A stretch of 63,975 bases of DNA, counting the filler, from Fonticula-like sp. SCN 57-25 (Eukaryota): assembly GCA_001724245.1 (NCBI GenBank). It is 3 parts of 3 records of this genome, joined end to end, with 100 filler letters (N's around TTAATTAATTAA, not from the genome) between each part and the next. Parts side by side here need not be neighbours in the genome. Positions count along the whole stretch, not along the records: positions 46,559 to 63,975 come from MEDX01000115.1; 2 more parts are not named here. One strand, written 5' to 3'. A program made the translations under genes and the position numbers. Of this stretch, positions 49,812 to 60,930 are shown piece after piece. Under the pieces are notes generated by a model. The model saw only the letters and a list, made by a program, of their open reading frames with translations, was not told the origin of the DNA and ran no database searches. The stretch's first letter is position 1; every line of letters begins with the position of its first letter.

Positions 49812-51243
49812 CTACGCGTTGTAGAGGATCCGTGTGCGGATGCTCTCTGCCATATTGTCCATGGACTCTTGGAGCGCCTCGATCTCGGCCACGTTCTTGC
49901 ATGTGATGTCTGCCATCAAGTACGCGACGTTGTCGTTCGAATCCTGCACCTGCCGCTCGATGTTGAAAGGCGCGAGGTACCTGTTGACCTGCTTGAGGAC
50001 ACCGGGCACGTTGGCGTGGATGTTTAGCAGGCGCACGCTCCTGGCCTCGGGCGCGGGCCGCTTGAGGTCGAGGTCGGGGAAGTTGACCGCGCCGATTGTG
50101 CTGCCCGTGTTGATGAAGCGGATGATGGCCTGCGCCACCTCGACGCCGATGGCGCGCTGGGCCTCCTCGGTCGAGCCGCCAATGTGCGGCGTGAGGATGA
50201 TGTTGGGGCAGTCGCGCAGCTCCGTCTCAAAGCCAAGGCCGTTCTCCTTGGGCTCTTTCGGGAAAACGTCGACGGCGGCGCCGGCGAGGTGGCCCGACTT
50301 TAGCGCGCGCGCGAGGGCCGAAATGTCCACCACGGAGCCGCGCGAGTTGTTGATCAGAAAAGCGCCCTTCTTCATCATGCCCAGCTGCTCCTCGCGGATC
50401 ATCAGCTTAGTCGTCGATGTCTCGGGGACGTGCAGCGTCACAAAGTCAGAGGTGGAGAGGAGCTCCTCGAGCGACACGGGGCGCGCAGAGCCGAGCGGCA
50501 TGAGGGCAAGGATGTCGTAGAAAACAACGCGCATGCCAAAGGCGTCGGCCATGACTGAAAGCTGAGAGCCAATATGGCCGTAGCCGATGATGCCGAGCGT
50601 CTTGCCGCGGACTTCGTGGCATTGAAGCGTGTCGGCATTCCACTCGCCATTGTGCATCTCGCGGTTGCGCTCGCCGACCTGGCGCGCGAGGGCAATCACC
50701 TCGGCAAGCGTGAGCTCGGCTAGAGAAATACGATCAGCGACAGGCAGGCAAGTAAAGGGTAGACGTACCGACGCTGCGACTGTTGCTAAAGGGAGAGTTG
50801 AAGACCGGGACGCCGCGCTCGGCCGCGACCTTGAGGTCGATCTGGTTCGTGCCGATGCAAAAGGCGCCTGCGACGAGCAGCTTGGAGGCCGCGTTCAGCA
50901 CGGCGGGCGTCAGAAGCGACTTGCTGCGGATGCCAACGGCGTGGACATCCTTGATCTTTTCAATTAGTTCTGGCTCTGAAAGCGAACCCTTGAAGAACTG
51001 AACCTCAAAGCCGGCACGCTCAAACAGATCGACTGCCGTCTGGCTGACGTTCTCAAGTAGGAGGATGCGCGTGGGCTCCTCCTTGCCAAGCGGCTTCATC
51101 GCCGGAGCCGCATCCTCGCGAAGCGACGGGGGAGATAGAACCGGGAAGAAACCAACAGTGGTGCGCGGAGCGAGGGAGCCAGGCGGCGATGTGAGCGACT
51201 GGGCCGGGTGCGCCGGCGTCGGCACCGGGATCGGCGTGCTCAT
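49812..51243 (-). CDS. SER3: D-3-phosphoglycerate dehydrogenase, SerA/Ser3 type with C-terminal ACT domain
   Basis: ILLLENV, GIRSKS, GAFCIGTNQIDL, FNSPFSNSRSVAEL, EVRGKTLGIIGYGHIGSQLS, TPHIGGSTEEAQ, H.NVPGVL, IRTRILY. Confidence 0.96.
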
Positions 51244-51321
51244 GCCCGCGTGAATATGCGGATGCCAAACACGAATTGTGCAAACTCGCGTGCAAACTGA
51301 AAGTTTTGGCGGGAAATCAGC

Positions 51322-52586
51322 ATGGAGGCGCCGCGCGTGTTCGCCGTCGAGGATGGCTGGGCGGGCCTCGTCCGCTGCCAGGGCCGGCGCTTTTGGGCGA
51401 GCGTCGCCATGAAAAACGGCGAGGCAAAGCTTTCTATGGAGGCGGAATTGGCGCTTTTGTTGCGAGGACAGGAGGGGCTCTTACAACAGGTACGGCCGCC
51501 GTGTTTGAAAGTGTCGCTCACGATGCGCAGCGACTGGTAAACAGTGTTGACTTTGATGCCTTTTTGGTCGAGTTGACGGAACTGGCGGACCGTACATTAT
51601 CACCGCTGCCGTCGGTGGGAGCAATGACTGCGCCGCCGCTGCTCATCCTCCGGCTTATACCCGAGCTCGATGCCGTCGGGTGGGATCGCGTCGAAATGGG
51701 CGACGCCCAACTGCAATCACTTTCGCTACGCAGCACGGATGCCGGCGGGCGCGAGCATTTGCTACACATTTCCGTACCGCTTACCTACCCCAACGCTCCA
51801 GTGCGCCTCGCCTTTCTGTTTATCTTGTGCTAACAAGAACCTCGCAGCTGGCATGCCGGTCGCAAGTGCCCGATTCCACGACGGAAACGTGGCCGGCCGC
51901 AAACATCGCCGAGGCTAATGAGACCTTTTCGCGCCAGTTGAAAACTTTTCAGCGCTTCTGGAACGAGCTGGACGAGCTGCACGCGCGCTGCTGGGTGCTG
52001 GAGCCGCAGCGCGATCAGCGCGACCGGACCATGCTTCGCGTCGCTGTGGACCAGACCGTCTCGGTGCAGCTCCTGCTGGACGCGAAAGAGCCCACGAGCC
52101 TTCCTTCCATCCGCTTCCTCGGGCCCGACGTCTCGGTCGGCCCCCTCAAAGACCTGCTTAACAAGAACATTAGCGCGTGGAGCCGCGCCCTGTCCGTGCG
52201 GGCAAACCTCGAGGCCTGCCTGGAGCGGTCGCTGCCACCAAAGCCGTCTGCCACGGACGCGTCGGCCGCTCTGCTGCAGATGGAGTGCGCGGTTTGCTAC
52301 GCGTTCCACTTGGGCGACGAGATGCCGACAAAGTCGTGCAACAATGCGGCGTGCGGCCGGTCGTACCACCAGACCTGCATCGCAGAGGTGCGCCTCGGCA
52401 ATATATTGGGAATTTGATGACTTAATTATTTATTTATAGTGGCTACGCGCATTGCCGTCGACGCGCGTGTCGTTCCAGTCGCTTTTTGGTGCCTGCCCTT
52501 ACTGCCAAGAGGTACGAATTTGCTGTTTCTGGCCTCGGCGCTGACAACCATGGTAGCCAATCAACGTCCAGCTCGCCCTGGCCTAA
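51322..52586 (+). CDS. FANCL: Fanconi anemia E3 ubiquitin ligase FANCL
   Basis: ELDAVGWDRV, DAGGREHLL, FWNELDELHARCWVLEP, FLGPD..V, WS...SV..NL, RING ECAVCY...CNNAACGRSYHQTCIAEWLRALPSTRVSFQSLFGACPYCQEPI. Confidence 0.93.
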
Positions 52587-53036
52587 GCAGAGTTTTCTTA
52601 TTGATATTATTATGATGCCTTTAATTTCCCTATTGTACTCTTATTTGTTGATCTCGCGCAGGGCGCGCTGTGTACTCTTTGCACTTCACTTCACTTCAGT
52701 TGATTCACACGATCAAGAATCTACCTTGGAAATATAATTTATCATGGAAATTCTAGCCAAAAGACACCCATACAGCCGCGCTTGTGCAGCTTCACCCATT
52801 CTACCTAGTTTATACTTCATTGCCGGCTACCTGGCCCTGCCCCTTCAGTAGGAGCAACTTGTGGACGGTCCCCTGCGGCCAGCTTTGCTGAGCTGATTCG
52901 AGCGTGGTGACGGATTCGAATCCCCCCAATCGGGTAATCCGATGCGCTGATTGGTTGATCCTCCCCTACACATGGTTTGGAGAGTTTTGACCTTTGGGTT
53001 AGCCTTTTACCCTTTTGTTGTGGTGGGGAAAGAAGC

Positions 53037-56000
53037 ATGGCGATGAGGCGCGCGGCTACCTTCGGGTTGCTCGTCGCCCTTTTGGCCGTGTTTGCGGGCT
53101 CTTCGCTAGGTGCGCCTTGGGTTTGATCTATTTTCTAGTGGTTTTCTCACGACTTTCCTTGTCTTCTTGGCGGGTTTGCCTTTCTCTTCACTTGCAGTCG
53201 AAGCAGCCGGTTCAACTGTGCCGCACTGCAAGACCTACAATTACGAGCTGCAAGTCGACTACACGCAGTGCCTGTGGACTGGCTGCGAGTCGGGCGGCTG
53301 CCCCAGCGATGGCAACACGTACACCAAGATGTGCGAGTCATGGCCCTGCACCGAGTGCACGGTAAACGGTCAGTCGAGCGGCACCCGCTGCTGCCTCTTC
53401 TACCAGGATGCCTACTGCTGCAAGTGGACCAACCAAATCAGCACCTGTAACACGTGCGAGGACGGCTACGCCCTCCAGAACAACGTTTGCACTGGTACGT
53501 TTTTGCTTTCTTTCTTCCATGGGCGCTGACATGGCGCGCGCGCAAAGACATCAACGAGTGCGCTGCCGCGACCCCGCCTTGCGACTCCCACCGCGAGTGC
53601 GTCAACTCGGCCGGCGGTTTCTCGTGCCTTCCCTGCTCGAGCGGCTACAAGGACAATGGTCCTTTTGGCTGCTCGGCGTGCGAGGCCGGCACCTGGGGCC
53701 CGCAGTGCGTCAATAACTGCACCTGCACGCAGGGCGCTTGCGACATTGTGACTGGCGCCTGCCTCTGCGAGGACGGCTGGTACGGCGATGACTGCACCGA
53801 GACCCAGTGCGGCGACGGCATGATCCGCGGCGACGAGGAGTGCGAGAACCTCTCGGACTCTTGCTGCGACCAGGTCACCTGCAAGTTCAAGGTCGCCGGC
53901 TCTGCCTGCGAGTCCGACTCGAACCGCTGCACCATCGATGTTTGTGAGAGCTACTCGGGTGTCGGCTCCCAGACCGTTTGCACGCACAACGTCAACGCGA
54001 CCGAGTGCTTCTGCGGCAACAACGTTGTCGATCCCATCGGCGAGACCTGCGACGAGGGCAACCTTGTCACGCCGCCGTGCCCCTACGGCGAGGAGTCCTG
54101 CGTCGTTTGCAGCGAGCTTTGCCAGGCCACCAACGGCACCACTTCGTATTGCGGCGACGGCGTTCTCCACGCCGACAATGGCGAGCAGTGCGACGACGGC
54201 AACTCGCTTGACAACGACGGCTGCTCCTCGACCTGCACCAAGGAGCCCGGCTTCAAGTGCGTCAACGCCGGCGAGGCTTGCTCTGCGTGCAGCCTCCTCG
54301 ACCCGCGCTCGTACGGCATCGACTGCGCGCTGACCTGCACGGTGTGCTCCAACAACGCGACCTGCGGGAGCGTTGACGGCTCCTGCATCTGCCAGGCCCC
54401 CTGGATCGGCACCACGTGCACGAACCTGCCGCGCCCCGGCACCACCGACGTGACTGCCATCGTTCCGACCACCATCCAGGTTGACGACCGCGCCATGTTT
54501 ACGCTCACCGGCGCCTTCCCGTCGTCCTTTAGCAGCTTTGCGTTCGTGCCCACGACCATTTCCAGCAACATTTGCGATCGCGCCAACATGCTCGGCGTGT
54601 CGCAGTACGAGACCGAGTATGCGCAGATGAGCAGCGCGCTCGCCAACGCTGGCACCTACCACGTGTGCTACTCGACCAACCCCTCGGACGCGTCGTACGT
54701 GCACCAGGTCGGCCTCGTGCTGAACGTGACCGCCAAGACCGCCACTGAGGGCTCCATCACGTCGATCGCGCCCTCGACCGTCAGCTCTGGCCGCCAGCCG
54801 TCGATCACCTTCAACGGTGCCATCCCGTCTGCCCAGACCTACATTGGCTTCTCCAACGACGGCTGCGGCACCGTTCACCTCAAGACGGCCATTCCCCAGG
54901 GCCTCACCCGCCCGCCGACCGTCAAGGTTGGTCCGTTCGAGTCGGCCGTCATGCCCGACGGTCCGTACACGACCTGCTACTCGGTCGACGACGGCGTGAT
55001 GTGGTCGCCGCAGAGCACCCCGGCCGCCACGCTGACGATGCTCACGTCGACCCCGAACGAGCTCGTTGTCACCGCCATCAACGGCGCCACCGACGTCTCG
55101 TTTGTTATCGGCGAGACCGTCGCCCTTGACCTGACTGGCCCCACCCCGAACCCCGTTAGCCTTATCGGCCTGACCAAGTGGCCGTCGTACAGCTGCGGAT
55201 CGCCCGACTTTGTGACCACGTATGACAACCCGCCGGTCAACATTGGCACGTTCAGCACCTTTGATGCTGGCCTGTACACGCTCTGCTACTCGGCCAACGG
55301 CGACTCGTCGGCCTACACGAACCAGGCCCTCGTTACGGTCACGGCCCTCGCGCCCGTCCCGACCGCCACGTCAATCTCCAACATTGTGGTTGGCGGCGGC
55401 ATGCCCGCGATCATGACGACCGCCATGGCCACCGCCACGATCACGGCGCTTTCGTCGACCTCGATCCAGCTCGTCGGCCTGACCCCGTCGCCGACGACCA
55501 TGATTGCGCTCGTGCCGACCGGCTCGGTCAACTGCGACGCGAACCGCGTGTCGGAGACCCCGGTCCCCGGCCCGACTGACCTTGTCACGATCCTCGTCTC
55601 GACCGCCGGCGAGTACAACCTGTGCTACTACACTGGCACCGCCGGCTCCTCGTGGGTGATGCAGACCAGCGTGTCGCTCGAGGTCCTCCCCGCCGCCGCC
55701 TCGGGCTCGACCATCTCGTCGATCTCGACCTCTGGCACCGTCCCCGCCGCCGACGCCATCTACGCCGGCGTCTCTGCCTCGTTCGTGTTCAACGGCGGAT
55801 CGCCGTCGACACACACTGTCGTCGCCTTTGTCCCCGGCGACAAGACCTGCGCCGATGCGTCGGATATCTGCCCGCCCAACCTTACGGGCAAGTACTGCCA
55901 CATTGACTCCCCCGACACGCCCAACCCGGTCCCCGAGGGCGAGTTCCCGCTGTACGCCAAGGGCCTCTACGCCATGGCGCCCGTCTCGCTCGTCGACTCG

Positions 56001-58585
56001 CGCATGGTGGCCGGTGAGTATGCCGTCTGCTACTCGACCGACGATGGTGTCACGTACACGCAGCAGGACGCGTCGCTGCGTCTCCGCGTGCTCGCCCCGC
56101 CCGCCCAGGCCGACAGCATCTCTGCCGTCTCCCTGACGTCGTACATTCGTGGCGCGACCGCTGATGCCACGTTCACCGGCGCGATGGCGTCGCCGCTCAC
56201 CTACGTTGCGTTCTCGCGCGACTCGTGCGCGACCGTTTCGTCGCAGACCTTGCTCAGCACCTCCAACACGGTCTCGCTGACCGTCCCCGCCGCCGCCGAC
56301 TCGTGGACTGTCTGCTACACCACGTCGATCTCGAGCGGCTGGGTCGCCCAGGGCGTCTCCATCCTGGTGCTGCCCGTCCCGGCGTCGACCACCTCGGTCA
56401 CGTCCGTGTCGCCCAACACCGTCTTTGTTGCCGACTACACCGTGACCCCCACCTTTGCCCTCCTCGGCGCCGACAAGTCCGCCACCTCCAAGTATGCGCT
56501 CACGCGCACGACTGATGGCTGCGCCGCCGCCGAGACCCGCTTTGCCGTGTCGGACTATGGCCTCACGTCGCAGCAGCTGAGCGCGCCGCTCGGCCGCCTC
56601 ACTGGCGGCACGTGGTATGTGTGCTACAGCACGGACAGCGGTGCCACATGGTTCCAGCAGGCCACGGGCTCGATCGTCGTGCGCCCGGCGCTCACCGACT
56701 CGGACGTCCAGATCACTGAGGTGTATGACCGCTTCTACAGCAACACGACGAGCGGCGAGATGATGGCCGGCAGGCCCGTTCTCCTTGACTTTGTCCCGCT
56801 CATGCCGTCGCCGTTCACGGTCGTCCGCATCTCGATCACGGACGACTGCGCCGGCTCGGCTTCGACCACCGTGCCGTACACCACCGAGACGGTCCTCGTC
56901 CCCGGCTTTAACGTGGCCGCCGACGTTGTCCGCATGTGCGTGTCTGTGGACGCTGGCAACACCTTTACGCCCCAGAACCTGCGCTTCTCCGTGTTCCCGC
57001 CCGAGGCCACCCCGACGACGATCACGTCCATGTCCAGCTCGTCGTTCAACAGCGGCGTGCCTACCACGGCGATGACGCTGAGCCACAAGTCGGCGCCGTT
57101 CGTCTCGTTCAACGGCGCGTACCCGTCGCCGCACACTGTGCTCGGCTTTGTCCGCACCGGCGACGACTGCGACCCGCAAAAGTTTGTGCCGATCACTGGC
57201 GGCCCCGTGTTCGCCGTCAACCTGACCGCGACGCCCGTCCCGCTCTTTGGCCAGGACATTGCCGGCTCGTACGAGCTCTGCCTGACCACCGCGCGCGGCG
57301 GTGTCGGCGCCCTCTTCAAGCAGACTGGCCTCACGCTGACGGTCGTCCCGGCGACCGCCACGCCCGGCGAGATCACCGCCCTCAGCCCGATGCACTGGAT
57401 CGTGCAGCAGCCCAACGTCACCGTGACCATCACGGGCGGCCTTCCGTCGACGCTCTCGCGCTTTGGCGTTGTCCTGCCGACGGCCCCGAACTGCTCGCCG
57501 ACCAACTTTATCACGTCGGCGCTGTTCACGTCCCGCAACGTTGTCTTTGCCGCCAGCCTCCCGTCGGCCGGCACCTACCACCTGTGCTACTCGACCAACA
57601 ACGGCGGCTCCTACATTGCCCAGACCGCCGTCACCATCCAGGGTGTCCGTACGTAGAGTGTTTTTTGTTTGGAGGCGCGGTTTGGTTTATCTAACTTTTG
57701 TGCGTTTTCGCAGCTCCGCCGTCGACCGCCACGACCGTGACTGCTCTTAGCCCGCCGTGGATCAATGCCGGCAGCGCCTTTACGATGAGCTTTATCGGCG
57801 TGATCCCCTCTGCGCAGACGTACGTTGGCTTTGTCAAGATGGGCGAGCCGTGCTCTGCCGCCCAGGGCCTTCGCTACGCCGAGTCGGCCGTCTCTTTCGC
57901 CGCGATTGACACTGTCGGCACGTACGAGCTGTGCGTGTCGACCGGCGTGGACTCTGGCTCGTTCATCAAGCAGACGCTCGTCACTCTCGAGGCGCGCGTG
58001 CCGCCGGCGTCGGGCAGCTCGATCTCGCAGATCTCGCCGCGCTCGGTCATTGCCGGCGCCAGCGTCGAGATGACGTTCTACGGCTTTGTGCCGTCGTCGT
58101 CGAGCAAGGCGGGCTTTATTGTGACTGAGCTCAACACGCCGCCGACGTGCTCTGACAAGAACAAGATCATGAACGTTGTCGACCTGAACAAGCTGTCGTC
58201 GTACGACCTGCCGACGCCGTTCGAGTATGAGAACAGCGTGTACCGCGTGTGCGTCTCGGCCGACGGCGGCAACAACTACGTCCTGCAGACGAACGCCCTC
58301 ACGTACCTGAACGTGACGAGCGCCGCCAGCGTGCAGTACCTGCGCGACACGAGCGCGCTCGACGGCGTCTACATTGTGGCCGGCGTCTTCCTCGTCGTTT
58401 TCATCGCCGTCATCGTCGGCGCCGTGTACTACCTCAAGCACAAGAAGGACCAGGAGAACACCAAGCTGGCCGAGGACATTGTCGGCATGCCCTACACGAC
58501 GGCGAGCACCGCGTCGATCGACCAGATGATGACGTCCAACCCGCTCTACCAGGAGAACGCGCAGGTCGAGCACAACGACGAGTAG
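53037..58585 (+). CDS. Large type-I membrane protein: signal peptide, Cys-rich head, EGF modules, disintegrin-like and Cys-rich repeats, 12 x ~100-aa two-Cys domains, TM helix, NPLY tail
   Basis: Signal MAMRRAATFGLLVALLAVFAGSSL; DINEC...C.NSAGGFSC (Ca-EGF); CGDGMIRGDEEC...CC..TCK; CGDGV...GEQCDDGNSLDNDGCSSTC; repeated G.Y..CYS.D.G..Y..Q; TM GVYIVAGVFLVVFIAVIVGAVYYL then KHKK; tail MTSNPLYQEN. Confidence 0.85.
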
Positions 58586-59160
58586 ACAGCGCCTTAGTAT
58601 TCCGTAGGTTTTTCTTTTCTACTTTCCTTGCCCAGCGCTCTTTCTATATCTTTTCAACGGCCCAGCACCCGATGATTCATGTACTTTTCACGGCGACCGC
58701 CCGCCTGGGCGTCCCTTAGGGGACAATGGGCGTCCTGCTGCCACCCTCTATTTCACTGTAATAGTACAGAACCTCTTTGCCCCTTTCGTCGAATACATCG
58801 TATCTTACCGTAATCGTATTGAAGAGAAAAAGTACAGTTAAACGTGTTTTATCGTGTTTTTATCGTGTTTTTATGTCTTTTTGTACTCTTTTTGTGTGCA
58901 AATCAGCTCCAAAGCAAGTCGTCAAAATGGGTCACACAAAGATATCATACATTAACAGTGGCAGAAATAAAAGAAACACGGGGATGGTAATAGGCTACAA
59001 ATGCTACAACTATGGCGCGCGGCGCGCTCTGCGCCCGCCCCCTCGCTGCATCACACCAAAATTGCAACCCGAGCACGCAGTGCCCGTCAAATCAATCGGT
59101 CCATCAATATATAAAGTCAAGTCAGTCGGTCAATCAATCAATCAACATTCGGTAAGATCA

Positions 59161-59193
<33 letters not shown>
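59161..59193. repeat. (CAT)11 microsatellite, preceded by TCAA-rich repeats
   Basis: Read directly, in the convergent intergenic region downstream of the response regulator. Confidence 0.9.
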
Positions 59194-59194
<1 letters not shown>

Positions 59195-59268
59195 TTGTTG
59201 CTGTTGCCTGCTGGCGAGTGTGCGGTAAAAAGGTCATCGTGAAGTTGCTTGTGGTATCAAAAGTATAT

Positions 59269-60225
59269 CTAGGAGGATGCTTGCTTGCCTGGGGTCGGTG
59301 GCCCGTCTGCCACCTTGTCCCCTTCTATTGGCGACGACGTGCTGCCGCGCCGCGTCGGCAACGCGCCAGCCTCGTCCTTGCGGTCCGGCTTGGCCGCCGC
59401 CGCTGCAGCCGCCGCCGCCGCCGCCGCCGACACCTTGAGCGTGACGCCGACCGGGAGTGCCGCCGCTGGCGCGACGACCCACTTTTGCATCATCTTCTCC
59501 AGCTCGAGCTTTGTGAACGGCTTGGAAAGAAAGTCGGTGATGCCCGCCTCGTTGAGCGCGGCGTCGCACGAGCCCATTGCGCTGACGGCGACGATGACGG
59601 TGTTTTGGTTTGGGCCGATCTCGGTGCGGATGCAGCGCGTCGACTGCAGGCCGTCCATGATCGGCATCATAATGTCCATCAGGATGATGTCGTAGTGATG
59701 CTCGCGCGTAAAGCCGAGCGCCTCCTCGCCATTGTTGGCCATGTCGATCTGGCGGATGCCGAGGCGCTGCAGGAAAGAGTGCGCCACGCGGCGGTTGATC
59801 TCATTGTCCTCGACGACAAGGCAGCGGATCGCGTTGGGGGGGAAGGCGGGGACGGAATCGGCGGTGCGCGAGGAGGAGGGGAGAGCACTGCGGCTGCGGT
59901 AGGAGGAGGAGGACGTACGGCGCTGGTACGGTGAGCTGAGAGAGAAGATGTCAGCATCGGAATCAGGAGAAAAAACACACGACATCAGGGGAAATCACCA
60001 AAACCATCAACAGCATGACCATCGGCCATGCCCGGAATCAAGACACAAAAAAATATACACGAGAAAGAGGATCAACACAAGAGCAAAGCACTAAAAAAGC
60101 GGCCCAAAAGGCCACGTGGAAAAGCAAGGAAACAAAAGATGGCGCGTCATCATCCCTTCTCAATCACTCCCATCCCATCCTACCGAGTCCGCCGCGCACC
60201 TGCTTGGGTGTGTAGCCATCGCCAT
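59269..60225 (-). CDS. Stand-alone response regulator (single receiver domain)
   Basis: CLVVEDNEINRRVA...ANNGEEAL...YDIILMDIMMPIMDGL...IVAVSA...AGITDFLSKPF, with acidic pocket, phospho-Asp and Lys intact. Probable exon 1 MAMATHPS, spliced at AG|GTGCGC. Confidence 0.85.
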
Positions 60226-60693
60226 TCGGTCGTCCACTCGCTTGCACTTGAAAGGTAGAAGCGCCAATACGGCGTCGAGCACCGAGAGCGACGAGCTGTC
60301 CGCTTCCTGCGCGCTGTTCAGTTTTCCACTTCTGCCTGGCCTTGACCAGTTAGTTCTGCTAGCCTGATTGCCGAGCTAGCCGAGAATCACTCGAGCGAAA
60401 GGATTGGCGACGTTGAGCCAGGTGGCCAGAAGAAAAGTGAGCGCGATCCAAAAGTCTCCGCTGTCTTTGTAATTGCGGCGTCGCGGCCGTGGACCAGGTC
60501 GGGTAGGTAATAGCTCGAGACTTGGTTCCGGTCGCCGGAGCCTCAAAAGTGTGGGCCGCGCCGGTCAGCCTCGAGCGTCCTTCTACGCCCAAAAAGGAAA
60601 TAGGCACGACGCTGATTGGTCGAGCAATCGTCGGCAAAGTGGTCTGCGGGCCTAGACACCGCGTTCGAGTCGAACAAAAGTTTCCGAGATCGC

Positions 60694-60876
60694 AGGGGCA
60701 GAGTCGGGGGTGCAGTCGGGGGCAGAGTCGGGGGTGTTTCTGGGGTAAAGTTGATCGCTTTGTTTAGGGTTTGGTGTCGGGGGCAGAGTCGGGGGTTGCG
60801 CCACTTCACGTGCGAGTCCGGGGTGGAATCGAAGCTTTCACTTTAGCGGCGGAGTCTGGGGTGGAATCGAAGCTTC
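60694..60876. repeat. G-rich direct repeats: GGGGCAGAGTCGGGGGT x3 and GAGTCYGGGGTGGAATCGAAGCTT x2
   Basis: Read directly, in the spacer between the response regulator and AHA1. Confidence 0.75.
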
Positions 60877-60882
60877 TCGAAC
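60868..60882. promoter_or_regulatory. Perfect three-unit heat-shock element (cGAAgcTTCtcGAAc) upstream of AHA1
   Basis: GAA 60869-71, TTC 60874-76, GAA 60879-81, about 50 nt before the ATG of an Hsp90 co-chaperone. Confidence 0.7.
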
Positions 60883-60930
60883 GCTTTCGCGCAGCAGCAG
60901 CGGCAGGCAGGCTAGCGATCAGAGGAAAGG

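Noticed and set aside
49812-51243. Bacterial-like SerA as a recent horizontal transfer
   Set aside because: This type is the normal fungal Ser3/Ser33 form. The gene has a spliceosomal intron and host-like codon usage.
58777-59934. 385-aa plus-strand ORF with a poly-His tract
   Set aside because: Non-ATG start; the His run is the (CAT)11 microsatellite; the remainder is antisense to the response regulator.
60694-60876. G-rich repeats as a CRISPR array or telomeric repeat
   Set aside because: Few copies, irregular spacing, no cas genes, eukaryotic promoter context and no TTAGGG-type periodicity.
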